A DNA stretch of 63,960 nt, filler included, from Octopus bimaculoides (GCF_001194135.2; 5 parts of 4 records of this genome joined end to end with filler, not necessarily neighbours in it), one strand, 5' to 3'. Positions 12,126 through 26,356 are shown, numbered from the whole stretch's first letter. Notes: generated by a model not told the origin, from the sequence alone. Numbers and translations are program-made.

Positions 12126-13415
12126 ATTATGTGTATTGAATGTTTAATGTGTGTATATATGTGTGTGGTGTATTTATGTGTAGCGAATGTGTAATATATA
12201 TATAAGTGTGTGTGTGTGTGTGTGTATTTATATGTATAGTGAATATGTAATATATATGTGTGTGTGTACACATATATATGTCTGTATGTATAGATATGTG
12301 CGTATGTGTGTACATGTATGCATACGAATGTGCAGATATGTGCACACATATGCATACGTATGCACATATGCATATATATATATATATGCGTTTACATAAA
12401 CACTGACTCAAATAGATGCATTCCAACCTCTGTTCACATCGCAACACCCTCCCCACGACCACAAACACCCACCGCACCATTGTCAAAGCAAACAGCACTG
12501 TATCAACCACAATAATTATCACTTCCATTATAACCATCGCCACAAGCACCACCGGTACAACCACGACCATCACCACCAGCATCACCAAAACCTGCACCAC
12601 CACCGCCATCAGAACCATCAACGCCAATAAGAAACAGAGATACCACCATCGTTGCAGTCATAAGAACACAACCATCGCCAACGCCACTACAACTTTCGTA
12701 ACAGGCAGCAGCAGCACCACCACCACCACCACCACCACCACCACCAACAACAACAACAATAACAACAACAACATCACTGTTACAGTTGGCACTATAACCG
12801 CCACCACCCCACTANNNNNNNNNNNNNNNNNNNNNNNNNNNNNNNNNNNNNNNNNNNNNNNNNNNNNNNNNNNNNNNNNNNNNNNNNNNNNNNNNNNNNN
12901 NNNNNNNNNNNNNNNNNNNNNNNNNNNNNNNNNNNNNNNNNNNNNNNNNNNNNNNNNNNNNNNNNNNNNNNNNNNNNNNNNNNNNNNNNNNNNNNNNNNN
13001 NNNNNNNNNNNNNNNNNNNNNNNNNNNNNNNNNNNNNNNNNNNNNNNNNNNNNNNNNNNNNNNNNNNNNNNNNNNNNNNNNNNNNNNNNNNNNNNNNNNN
13101 NNNNNNNNNNNNNNNNNNNNNNNNNNNNNNNNNNNNNNNNNNNNNNNNNNNNNNNNNNNNNNNNNNNNNNNNNNNNNNNNNNNNNNNNNNNNNNNNNNNN
13201 NNNNNNNNNNNNNNNNNNNNNNNNNNNNNNNNNNNNNNNNNNNNNNNNNNNNNNNNNNNNNNNNNNNNNNNNNNNNNNNNNNNNNNNNNNNNNNNNNNNN
13301 NNNNNNNNNNNNNNNNNNNNNNNNNNNNNNNNNNNNNNNNNNNNNNNNNNNNNNNNNNNNNNNNNNNNNNNNNNNNNNNNNNNNNNNNNNNNNNNNNNNN
13401 NNNNNNNNNNNNNNN

Positions 13416-13464
<49 letters not shown>

Positions 13465-14331
13465 TGTGTGTGTTTTATATGCATATGTGTGTGTTTTATA
13501 TGCATATGTGAATTCATGCATACATGTTTATATATATATATATATGTGTATGTGCATGTACGTCTGTCTGGCTCTCTTTGTCTATCTGTCTATCTGTCTG
13601 TCTCTATATCTCTCTCTCTCTCTCTCCTGCAATGGACAGACTAAACATGCCCCATTTTAGTAATGTTGTCTCAAGTGCAAGTAGAATATGTTCATTGATG
13701 TAGCTAGAGAGAGAGAGCGAGGGAGGGGGGAGTTTGACGTTATCACCAAAACTGTATGGCATCTTTCTCTTTATATTTGTGTCTGCTTACACATGCATAT
13801 GCACCAGGTTTTATCTACTTATCTCCTCTGAATACGTACAGCCATCCATACATTCAGTCATCCCATCCACACACACACACACACACATACACGTGTACAT
13901 ATTCTTGCATGTTTCAAAGGTTTGTGTACTTATGTACAATAAATATGCTCCAAATTAAGAACGCAGTTCTGAGTGATTAGCTAAAATAATATTAATAATT
14001 AACATTAATTATTAATAGCGACTCTTTTCTTCCAAGCTTTAGCAATGCTGTTTGAGAAGCCAGTTTCGTTGAAACTTCGAAGTGAACTAGTGGTAAAAGT
14101 TAACAGTCGTTATTTGTAACAAAGGTACGACTCTTGGAATTATGAACGGGACACGGGCAAATAAATCGACCACGACACGGGCAAATAAATCAACCACGAC
14201 ACACTGATTTTGTCTTTTATACTCGAGAAGTATGAAAAGCAATGTTGACCCCATCGAGGTTTGAACTCAGAAGTCCTAACTTAAGGTTCTGTTTTCGATT
14301 CTCAAACGTTTCTGCAATGCAACTGACAATC

Positions 14332-14366
<35 letters not shown>

Positions 14367-14980
14367 TAAAGATAGAACACCTACAAAAATCATCACTGCT
14401 TCGAACTTCAAGAATTGTTCGTAGGGTTCATGAAGCATGACCAGTAAACTAGTGTCACCTTAGTCTGGTGGCTTTGGGCAGCTGACACATTTCATCATAC
14501 CCAGCAAAATAAGCTGGGTATGATGGAATTCACTCGCAAGACAATGGTCAACCCCAGCAGAAGACATTTGTTTAAGGTATCCCGTGTACTGGAACTGAAC
14601 CTGAAACCAATAGGTTGCACAGCGAGTTTCTTAACCCCACAGCTATACCATGTATTTTCAATTTTAATATTTTTGCGTATGTGTATATTATCCTCTAATG
14701 AGAAGGCAGAGAAGGAATGGTGAGAGGACTATAGAAAGCTATGGGTAAATCCCATTCTTCTCTGATGTAATATTACTGACACAAGTCAAGTGAGATATGA
14801 ATGAGCAAGCAGTAATGTCATAGCGTGCGCTGTGTTCACACAGACGCTGTACACATGTTTATGCCGACTCTGCAGTTTTTGAGTTGTATAAACTTGTGAA
14901 CTGTCGAATGTATGTATATATGGATGGACGGATGGAGGCAGGCAGATGGGCATGTATCTATATCTGTCTGTCTCTCCCCA

Positions 14981-15041
<61 letters not shown>

Positions 15042-15721
15042 GTGTGCCAGCCTGTTTGTTTCACACACACTCTCTCTGTCGTTATCTCCCCCCCTTTCTC
15101 TCCCCCCCTCTCTCTCTCTCTCACTCTGTATACATTATTGTGACTGTCAACGCCTGCATGCATATTTTTATTTGAAAGTTCCACTGCAAACGCGCGCGTG
15201 TGTGAATGTATGCGTGCGTAGATGTAGTGCATGTGTGTGAATGCGTGCGTGCGTACATGTAGTGTATGTGTGTGAATGCGGGCGTTCGTACATGTAGTGC
15301 ATGTGTGCAGCTCTATTTCTGATTTGTATGTATGTATGTATGTATGTGGTTAGTATGTGAACCCACTGAATCGTAAAGACATCAAATCAGTCTTGCGTAT
15401 TTCTAAATCTCTTCCTCGCTTTACTCGCCGGATGAATTTGAAAGAAGTATAAAACCTAATGAACTTCTCCAGAGAGCTTCTAAGCGGTCGCAAACACTTG
15501 CTGGCTGTGTATATTTATTTGATAATCCGGTAAATATATGGTAAGCCTTTTACGTGACAGATACATTCACGTGATGAGAGGTCTCACATAAAGAGTGCTC
15601 GTCAAAAAATTTTGTATTAAATCGTATCTATTGTTAATGTGTCTCTTTACTGGCGTATTATAGCTAGATGATGATATCTCTGATGTCACCAACCCCTGAA
15701 GAGATCCTTAATATTGTAAAT

Positions 15722-16117
15722 AATAATCCTTTCTACTATAGACACAAGGCCTGGAATTTGTGGGGAGTGGGATAGTTGATCACATCGACCCCAGTTCTTG
15801 ATTCGTACTTAATTTATTGACCCCTGAAAGAATGAAAGGCAACGTCGACCTTGGCGGAATTCGAACTCAGAACGTCAAGACAAAGGAAGTAACGCTAAGC
15901 ATTTCCCTCGGCGTGCTAACAACTCTGCTAGCTCGCCACCTTGACATTTTTATTCTTTTTATTATAGGCACAAGGCCTGAAAATTTGGGGTAAGGGGCAA
16001 GTCGATTAGATCGACCACAATACGCAACTGGTGCTTAATTTATCGACCCCGAAAGGATGAAAGGCAAAGTCAACCTCGGCGGAATTTGAACTCAGAACGT
16101 AGCGACAGACGAAAGCC
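15722..16117 (-). mobile_element. Two tandem SINE family A copies (15722-15942 and 15952-16117)
   Basis: Both reverse-complement the family A consensus; (ATT)n tail at 15720. Confidence 0.85.
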
Positions 16118-16279
16118 GTTGTAAATAATAATGTCATTGCTGTCATAGTTGTTTATTCTTTCAATAAATTGTGAAATCAGGACACAGTAGAAACCGCTAC
16201 GTGATTTCTCAGCTTGTTAGAAAGAGAAGCCAAATGTTCATCAAACCGCAGATATACACGAGTTAAAGTGAGAGGTAGC

Positions 16280-16430
16280 ATGATGGTCGCTTGACCTGCT
16301 AGAAACAACAACCAAATATCCGTCAAACCGCAGCCTATTGTCTTGAAAAGAAAGGACATATTATAAAATGTAGTCTTTGAAATAAAAGGAGCTCATTGTT
16401 GGTATGACTTGAATCGTTTCTCTGTTTGAT
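16280..16430 (+). repeat. Old dispersed repeat family E (ggtcgcttgacctgctagaaa...); related copies near 20470, 25475, 39655, 41890
   Basis: Degenerate copies of the same ~70-bp motif recur across the window. Confidence 0.5.
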
Positions 16431-16479
16431 CATGGATGACAAGGTTAAACGAGGGACTTGTTTCAGTTTCCGCCTTCCA

Positions 16480-16612
16480 AATTCACTCAGAAAGCTTTGG
16501 TCGGTCGAAGGCCAAAGTAGAAGACGCTTGCCCAAGGTGCCAGGTTGCAAGACTGAACTCGGATCCGCGTGGTTGGGAAGCAAAGTCGTTATCAACACAG
16601 CCACGCCAGCGA
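16480..16612 (-). mobile_element. SINE family B, 5' part
   Basis: gaagacgcttgcccaaggtgcc...acagccacgcc matches the family B head. Confidence 0.7.
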
Positions 16613-17050
16613 TTGTATGCTCGAATTTTGTCCTTGGAAACCCATGGATGTGTCTACTTGACAAAATAGCATCAGTTTATGCAGCTGGGCTCCGCAAGTT
16701 GTATTGCGCGCGTGCACACACACACACCTTTTCAGGCATTTATCCTCGTCAGTTTTGCGTTCTTCTTTTATAGTGAGGAAATGTCGCTATTCTGATTCAT
16801 TTGAAATGCAAATGAATATCATTTGAAAGTTAATCCAAGGAGATTTTCACGCGGATAATGATGATCTTTAATATAGGCAAACTAGCTGATATTTTAGGAC
16901 GACATATAGATTGCCTTGCGGTGATGCTCATGGCTCATTGCACCCAGAGTTCAAATATCGCCCCAATCAATTCTGCGTTCATTCTTTCAAGGTCGATAAA
17001 TAAATTACCAGCATTGAGCTGAAACGATTTTTTCTATTTCGCTCACTCCA

Positions 17051-17645
17051 GCCCTCCTCTCTCTCTCTCCCCTCCTCTCTCTCTCTCCCCTCCTCTCTCT
17101 CTCTCCCCTCCTCTCTCTCTCTNNNNNNNNNNNNNNNNNNNNNNNNNNNNNNNNNNNNNNNNNNNNNNNNNNNNNNNNNNNNNNNNNNNNNNNNNNNNNN
17201 NNNNNNNNNNNNNNNNNNNNNNNNNNNNNNNNNNNNNNNNNNNNNNNNNNNNNNNNNNNNNNNNNNNNNNNNNNNNNNNNNNNNNNNNNNNNNNNNNNNN
17301 NNNNNNNNNNNNNNNNNNNNNNNNNNNNNNNNNNNNNNNNNNNNNNNNNNNNNNNNNNNNNNNNNNNNNNNNNNNNNNNNNNNNNNNNNNNNNNNNNNNN
17401 NNNNNNNNNNNNNNNNNNNNNNNNNNNNNNNNNNNNNNTCCCCTCCTCTCTCTCTCCCCTCCTCTCTCTCCCCTCCTCTCTCCCCTCCTCTCTCTCCCCT
17501 CCTCTCTCTCCCCTCCTCTCCCTCCTCTCCTCTCTCTCTTCTCTCTCTCTCTCTTCTCTCTCTCTCTCTTCTCCCCTCTCTCTCTCTTCTCCTCCTCTCT
17601 CTCTTTTCCTCCTCTCTCTTCTCCTCCTCCTCCTCTCTCTTTCTC
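17051..17645. repeat. Homopyrimidine (CCTCT/CT)n tract with internal gap
   Basis: Pure C/T sequence on both sides of N run 17123-17438. Confidence 0.95.
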
Positions 17646-19720
17646 TGGAAAAATCGACTCGAGTAGGTTGGGTTCTACTAGATCTGAAAAACTTCCCCAG
17701 ACACCATGTTAGGACGACGGCCCTGCAGCTTTGTAGGAGGCTATGGGCCCAAGACAAGGCAGGGCTCTTACATAGGGTCACAACCATATACTTAGTGGAG
17801 GAGCACAATGGAATAAATTGACACAAGTACTTAGGTGGTACTCTTTTTATCGAGCCGTAAAGATGAAAGGTAAATGTGTTGCCAGTGTGATTTGAATTCA
17901 GAACGTAGAGTGACGCGCTTAAATACCACAAAATATTTTACCCGACCTTCTATCGGTACATTTAATCCCACCCCAGTTTAACGATAATGCCAGCGACTCA
18001 AAGTCTGTTGAGGTCAGAAAGAGACAATGTATTTGGAATATCAAAGCGAATGGCTTTTTTTATGAAAATAATTTTCCACTGGTTGTTAGGAAAAATTTTT
18101 AGCTGTGAATGTTAAGCTGTTGATTTATATGTCGACCTGGTCAAACAGTCTGGTCGGCTGCTTTCTTTTATGCTTTTTTTTTTCTTACTATATTAATGTC
18201 TGCCTCGTATGTGAGAATACATTTTCATAATGGGTCACAAACTGAAAATCTGAAAATACCTAAGTACAAAAATATTTCACTGCTGTGAAGAGAAGGTCGC
18301 GTATTCTATTTATTAATGTCATGTAACATAAACTAAAATTTTACAAGCTGTGATGGTAAACGCTTTAACAACGGAGTGTTATAATTATTGATTGTAAAGG
18401 AAGCAGGTCTGTACTCATAAGTGTCTGATGCTTGTTTCAAGTAGAAGGGTAAAGTTTATATGGGTTATCTTAAGTTCGGAATGTTGTATATGGACACAGT
18501 GTACACAAACACATAAAAAAATCTGCATTAAAAGAATAAAAAGGGACAGCGTTATTTGGTTTTCAGTTTTGGATATGCGTAGGTGGGACATCGTATTGAC
18601 GACATTGTATTGAGAATGTGAAGACAATATAAAAAGGGAAGATTTATCCGCGGTGTGCGAAAGGAAGAGAAACTGTAGACAATGAGATCAAGAAAGAATA
18701 CTGTGACTAAGAAGGATTTCTAAGTTGCTTGATTGATTAAACCCAAATCAGTCATTACTTTGTAGAACTATGATATAAAACATTTTGACTGTGGACTATT
18801 CAGTCCTCTTTTTCTGACACATCTAGGAGCAAATTATCCAATGTGCTCTTCCATATTTTTCGAAACGGCCAGGTGTAATTTCAAGAAGTTATTGCTAGCT
18901 AGAACATTAAACGACCACATAGAAACACCCTCGTTGGCTCGTTTGACATGCTTGTGCTCCAGAAAGATATTGCTTTTACTGGGTGGGATTCAGAAGGTAC
19001 TTAGTAAAAAGTTGTGACTTTTCTTCAACAACAGGCATTATTTTGGTGATACGCTTTACTAAAGTGATACGAGGATTCACCGGCTAAAGTTAAAAGAGAC
19101 TCTATAATCTTTGAGTTCTTGCAGAACAAGTACATTCACCATATTCTCATTGTCATTACAAAATTTCTTCAAACCCTGGTGCATTACTTACTAAATGGAA
19201 ACTGGCTTAAACCTTAATATCACTAGAATTTAGTACAAATTTCATGGTTCGTCTTCTGATCGCAGATAAACAGACATTGCAACCTTCTCTCTGTTACATA
19301 ACAATGTTATCTGAGTTACTTGTAATTGCAAGCATTGAAAGAGTCAGTAAAGTAATAGTAAAAATATACTATGCTATTTTTAGTAATCGCTTTTGCGTTC
19401 TGAGTGGTGTATCTCGCTTCGTTCCAATCATAGTTCACGATAAATGGAGATCGCCAAGCGGTCGGGAGCCATTTCTCATTCCGATAGGTCTCTCTGTTTT
19501 CTCTTTCTGTCTACCTGTAACTTTTTGTGAACAACAGAGTCGTTGATTACAGATACCCAGTGAGCCAATTTCTGGTTCCTTTATTTACAACCATGAGAGT
19601 GATAGACAGTTGTCTGTGAAACTCAAACGGAACAAATATACGACGAGATTTCGTCCCAAAGCTCCCGTTTATCGATTTCCATGCGTTTGTTTTACTTCTA
19701 TCCCTGATATACTGCACCGA

Positions 19721-19805
<85 letters not shown>

Positions 19806-21188
19806 GCGCGTGATGATCCTTCACTCTGTAGAATCGCACCCAGAACTACGTAGTTACGAAGACAATTCGTAACCAAAGACATTTATGTTTTGTTTTGACA
19901 TTTAAAAAAAACAAATTTTCATGTATTTGTTAGAGTTTTTTCAGTAGCCATATTTTATTTGATGGCTCTTGAGAATCAAAGCAATTTATTTCTTTGTGTC
20001 AGCGAATAAGAACAGCGTCCCATTGTGTTATATTATGATGATGTAGCTGTTTTTTTTTATCCTTTGTGTCTGTGTGAGTGAGTGTGTTTTTATACGTCTA
20101 TATTAGCGTTTGTATATGCGTGCGTTTGTATTTCTGCATGTCATGTCATGTCACCATACTGAAATAATTCTTGTATTTCATGGTATTTAAAATTTTATTA
20201 TTAAATTTGACACAACTGGAATTTTGAATGTTCGTAATCAGCGTCCATGAATGTGTAGGATTTTTTGTTTTGTTGCTCGCTGTCTTGTAGCCAGGAGTAT
20301 TCCGTCGACTAATAAATGGGGCATCTACTGTAAACTAGAAGGTTAAAATATGCATGTGAGGACACGAGCTTTTGGATTCCGAGTGTTGGTGAACCAGCTT
20401 TCTTTGGAATATACTCGTTCTACAATTGTTAGCAACTTCATGACGCGCCAGTGAAATGGGCTGTACATGGCTGCTTGACCTGTTAAAGATAGCAGGTAAA
20501 TCACTCTTATCTCACACCCTATCGTTTTAAAACAAAAAATAAATACATTGAATGATACAGACATAACTAAAATATGCTTAAATAAAATGCAATGTGTAAT
20601 CGCTTGGCCTAGTGGTTTAGGTGTTTGGTTCGTGATCATAATGTTGTGGGTTCAACTTCTGGGCCGGATGGTGTGTTATGTATTTCAATAAGGCACTTCG
20701 TTTCATGTTGCTTCAGTTTGCCTAGGTGTAACTGAAGACCAGTAGGGGTGAAGATACAGTTCTCTCTTCCTCTAGTTGCCACATTATAGATTTATCGCAG
20801 GGGTCAAATCGAAGAATTTGAGAAGATGTCTATGTCTGCTCGTGGTTACACAGGCACCTAAAACAATTAGCGAATGCATGGTACATGTTACGAAATCTAA
20901 TTGGCTGGCAAGTGACGGCTGACTGGACTTTTGAATTTAATGTAATATGATCATGACTCGATGCTTTTAAATTAGAAGTTCTTCTGGACTAGTACTTATC
21001 TGGAGCTAAACAACAAATTGTTTAATTATATTTTTCAGATAATTTAATCTCCTTAAGAGCCTTAAAATTGTTGGCTTTGTGCTGGAATCATAAATAATTT
21101 CTAAAGCTAAAAACTATTTAGAATTAGCGGGCAGCGCGAAAACAGGAATTAGCTTCACCACCTTTCTGGGATGATGTCTTTTCGTTGC

Positions 21189-21239
<51 letters not shown>

Positions 21240-24200
21240 CTGAAGTGCACTACATTCTTCGTATACCCTACATTTGGAAAACTTTGCGGTTTTCACGAGA
21301 TTCTTATCGAATAACTCCATTTTTTTTATCCGTATCTCTTCAAATTGACCTGAAATTGCTATAAAAGTTTCGCCATCATCGCAGCCGAAGGATATCTCAA
21401 CTTCTTTCTACTTCGGGTCAAGTGATTTCCTCGTATCTGTGAGTACTTCTAGTGCGCACACTTGACATCACAACGCACTTATTTATCATTGCTATCTTGC
21501 ACTATAACATCAATTGACACTTCAAGCTTAACAAAACATTCTTGCAGCTATTTCAGATTATCGATGGGGCGTTTTAACATTTCTCACACCGGTTTACATC
21601 GTCATTTTTCTCATTTCTTTAAGTGCAGTATTACAGTTTATTAGTTCGTGTTCTGTTCAACCACTACTGAACAACTGAATATTTTCTCGAGGAATCCAAG
21701 AAGAATGGATTCTAAGGATTAGCAGGTGTCTTTTCAATATCCACACTTTCAATTTAGTTTATCTTTTATCCTTAGTCTATTCCCCCCTTCCCAGTAAACA
21801 TAATCATTGATACTCTTACTCATTTATAAACTGGCAAAATCAAATCACGTATCACCATATGATAGGAATTCTGATAAATATAAAATCAGGCTTCTCTAAG
21901 GTTTCTGATTTTTGCTACAATGCATTTATCTATTAATAATTTCTACACTACATTAGTTAACTTCGATATACATCGTTAAGGCCCTTAGCCTCAAAATCTA
22001 CCTTTACTTGTCATTCCAAGAACTACCTTACATGTCATTCCAATAACTACCCTCCACAATGTCGATTGCAAGAAACAGTAACCAAATATCACACGAATTA
22101 CACCTTAAGTGAAGGTCATATCAGACAGTTATAAATATGCAATAATATGGTTGGTTACGGTTTGATCGGGGCTGATCTGGGACCAAGGAACAACAGCAAT
22201 AACAGAGATTGTTTCTTCTTGTTTCTTCTGTTCATGCAACACTTCTGTTCTCTCAACCAGCGAATTCCAAGTCCTCTCCATTTCCAATTCGATCAGAGAA
22301 TGACTGAAGCTAATCAGTAGCAGCATCATACAATTTAAGCTATACAGAAATCCTTCCTTGTTCTTGTTTAAAATACAGCAGATCAGTCTCATTGAGCATT
22401 TCCAAAAGCACATTTTCGTAGTATTCTTTCCTATTAGCAGCAGTGCATCAATTATTTGATAAGTGATTTAACTCTTCTAATCCGTGCCTATTGCCCCTGT
22501 ATTTTGATACAATTTCCATTACCTTCCGATTGAAAATTTGATGCAAGAAACCAAGGAATTTTTAAAGTGCCTAGGTTTTCTTTGATTATGATGACTAAGC
22601 TGTTTACTCTGATCTTTTGTGTCAGGCATATTCAGATATATTCTAAAGTATCGTAGGAATGTTAATGTCACACGCCAGCTTCGAAGCGTGCTTGTACTAT
22701 CTATTTTCAGCTTTTACATGGAAGCTGTTTGCATATTCATCCAATGAATATAGTTACCTACTCAGTCAAGCCTCTTCATATATTCTGTTGCTTTTAACAT
22801 CCCTTGTTCTTTTTGCTTTCTCAAAACCTTTTGCCTTCGGCTAATTGACTTCTAAGTAGTTTCTATTTTAATCCGTATCAAACCGTCACCCAGTTGGTCC
22901 TTGGATACCTTTTTTACAGAATCCAATATGGTGAAAACCCTCCAACCATTCATGAGCATTATCCCTTATCTTCTCACCATGTCACAGAAAAAAAAGAAAA
23001 TTCTCTGTATCTTTATTTTACATGTTACCTTATTGTTCTAAACTACCTTTGCCTATTTCTAAGTATTTTTGTAAGTCCAAGTGGGTCAGCAAGCTATAGT
23101 TCTCAATCCTATGTGTATGACGAATTTGCTCTCACATAACTTCTTCGCTAATGAAGTCACAGTAACAGAACTAATATGACCAGAGTCACCATCCGTACTT
23201 TCTGGAGAAATAAAAAAAAATGTTATCAAATCAATGACTTGATATTATGTATCACCGTATAAATATTTCTAGTTAGCTTTTTTTATGTTTCCTAAATTAA
23301 ACATAGTGATATTAACTAGACTACAGTTTATCTAAACCATTTTTATGATGGTTTATTTAAAATGCAATAAGTAGTTGTCAAGGTTTCCCTCCCAAAGCTC
23401 TTCAATCCACTTGACATTCAATTTATTACATTGAAGTAGAAATTAATGACACGGTGTGCTTATGTGGTACATATCTTTTATCTGACGATCAGATCCGTTA
23501 TCTAATATTTAGACTGAGTCTCCTGTAGTAGTAGTCTTTATCTAATTTTCTCCTTCATTTCTGTATGTTATCTCATAGCTAATATATTTGCAAGTACTAG
23601 TAAAGGAGAGTTTCTTCTCGGTAGTTTTCTATATTCAGTGGCAAATAAAGATTTCATTACCTGCCAAGCCCGCGTCACCTTCTTTAAAAGTACCACTTGT
23701 TGGAGAAGGTGAAGATGGAGAAGGAAGTGCCGTTCTCCAGTTAATTTATTGTAACATGGTTGATGGTGGTGAATTTAATATGGTTGTCTAGCCTTATTCT
23801 AATTTTGTGACTGTAAGTTGGAAACCATGAGTGAGAGTAGGCATCTGACCATGATAATTCAGGTAATCCGAGAATTGTCGTCGGGTGGTTCTTGCTGGAT
23901 CTTGCTGGCCGTCTTCACACACTCACAAATATATCTTTATACATATACACACGCGCACGTACACATTCACGCGCGCGTATTGCAGTGGAACGTTTAACAT
24001 TGAAAAAGCATGAGGACAAACCGCAATGTAAGGCATTGTACTCAATACACAGAAGTAGTGTGGTTGTATTTATTAATCCATTTACAAAACAGCATGATTC
24101 TTACCACGTTAATCATGTTTCCATGAAGAAAATGTATTTCACAAATGCATTTTCTGAAAAAATGGCGATTTATCTTTAAGAGTCATAGTCTTATTAATTC

Positions 24201-24735
24201 TGATGAGAATGCTCCGAGTAGATGGGCCAAGACTTCGCAGGCAGACAGGAGTACACAGCTTTGACAGATCGCTTACCTGTTGTATAGTCAGAGTTATACT
24301 GAATTTATGGGGTTCCTTGAATGGCTTTAAACTACTGTGCACTGTACTGGAAAATCTTATTCCATTCCGCTTGCACAATATTGTGTGCGTATCTGTTTCT
24401 CTCATAATCGATTCCATATAAGCCTGAAGTGCTTTTTGTAATTTGTCCTGTAATGTTTCCTCAGCAGCCGCCTTTGTAGCAGTTGTGGAAGTTGGCACAT
24501 TAGTTAGAACTAGCAGTATTTCTTCCGTCTCTTTATATACAGAGTTCAAATCCCACTGCTAATGACAAAAAGGCGTACGTATGTTTGTTTGAGAGATAGA
24601 TAGAAGCTCATCATGTTGAAGCACCCCCACAATATATATATATATATATANNNNNNNNNNNNNNNNNNNNNNNNNNNNNNNNNNNNNNNNNNNNNNNNNN
24701 NNNNNNNNNNNNNNNNNNNNNNNNNNNNNNNNNNN

Positions 24736-24826
<91 letters not shown>

Positions 24827-25948
24827 GTGTGTGTGTGTGTATGAGAGAGAGAGTGTGTGTGTGTACGTGTGTACGTGTGTATATTTCCGAGTGCACATAA
24901 CTTGACCTGCGACATTGTATAATGCTTTGCTGTTTTGCTAGAGTAGTATTTCAAAAGAATTAATGTTTTATAACTTAAAACCTCGAAAATACCCAGGTCT
25001 TGGTTGTATGACTACGACAATAAAATAAACGTATAATAGAAGATTCAGTTTCGAGTGTTTTGTATTTATTCAGCTTTGCCGATATTTCCAGTGATATAAT
25101 GTTATCAGAAACAGCTGTTTTGTCAATTAGTGTACATGTATTATCATTTTAATTTTTTATGATTTTTATCAGTCCTTAAATACGAGTCAAATTTCCAGAA
25201 TATTTATAAGTTTACTTTATTTGGACGTCTTTTATATTCAAATAAAGCTAAGTGTGTCGCTTCAGGCAAGGCTGTTATTTATGAGCAAACGAAGGCTCTT
25301 CGTTGACACTCATCTATGTACGTGATACAATGCAGTAGATAATATAAGTAAAAAGCCGTGATGTGACTGATTAGAGTACCATTAATCATGGGTTGAGACA
25401 ATTAGAGCTGACCTAGGGTTAAACAAAAGCAACAACCGCAAGATAAAATTAATGAGCCGGTGAGAAAGTTTCTACCTGGTCGCTTGCTCTGCTAGAAAGA
25501 ATAATGAAATTTCATTCAAAGTAAAGCCCTTCTTGAAAAGGGGATGGAAAAATTGTATGAGGGGTTCATAAAAACTGATTCCCGCGTTGTTCAGATATTC
25601 CATATTTTCAGAAGTTCTTTGTTATTTCAACCATTTTCTCTCTCTCTTTTTTTAATGCCTTAATGTTGTGCTTTGGGAATTTCTGGCACTCTGGAAACCA
25701 GAAAAAAAAAAATTGCTGAGGCATTTTGCAAAGACAATTTAAGACGAAAAGTTGGGGAAAAAAATGTAAAAAAAAACATTGATTACCTTATTCTTATAAG
25801 TACAGGTATCGATAACGAAATTACAAATAACGCATTTTTGCGAGATGCTCCCTTCTTCCCAGGAGAGGCGATGGAGAAAAGGAGAAAGTTATCCTTAATC
25901 CGTAGACTTGACCCAGATACTTGCAACAGAGCGTATTCTACAAAAGTT

Positions 25949-26264
25949 ACTCCGTTGGTTATGACGACGTGGGTTCCAGTTGATCCGATCAACGGAACAG
26001 CCTGCTCGTGAAATTAGCGTGCCAGTGGCTGAGCACTGCATAAGCACGTGTACATTTAACGTAGTTCTCAGGGAGATTCAGGGTGACACAGAATGTGACA
26101 AGGCTGGCCCTTTAAATACAGGTACTACCCATTTTTGCCAGATGAATGGATTGAAGGCAACGTGAAATAAAGTGACTTGCTCAATGACACAACGCGCCGG
26201 GAATCGAACGTACAACCATACAATTGTGAGTCGGATACCCTAACCATTAAGTTACGCGCCTTCA
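25949..26264 (-). mobile_element. tRNA-derived SINE family D (CORE-like)
   Basis: Minus strand gaaggcgcgtaacttaatggttagggtatccgactcacaa...gttcgattcccggc; homologous to 53405-53710. Confidence 0.85.
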
Positions 26265-26356
26265 TGAGCAGGCTGCCCCGTTGATCGAATCAACTGGAAC
26301 AACGGAGTGTATTCTACTAATGGCACTCAATGGAGCAAGTGATAAAGTTAAACTGA

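Larger units (their letters stand above)
11218..12400. repeat. Microsatellite field: (TCTA)n, (CA)n, (TG)n, (TA)n
   Basis: Read directly; similar fields near 24630-24890, 43020-43850, 48450-49430, 49730-49880, 55996-56270, 57205-58240, 62020-62240. Confidence 0.9.

Noticed and set aside
12416-12814. Thr-rich mucin-like ORF
   Set aside because: Cryptic ACC/AAC/ATC triplet repeat with no splice context or domain; open in several frames.
23892-24179. ORF containing PQCKAL as a possible tolloid exon 1
   Set aside because: No GT donor after CKA, no signal peptide, and includes CA-repeat-derived residues.
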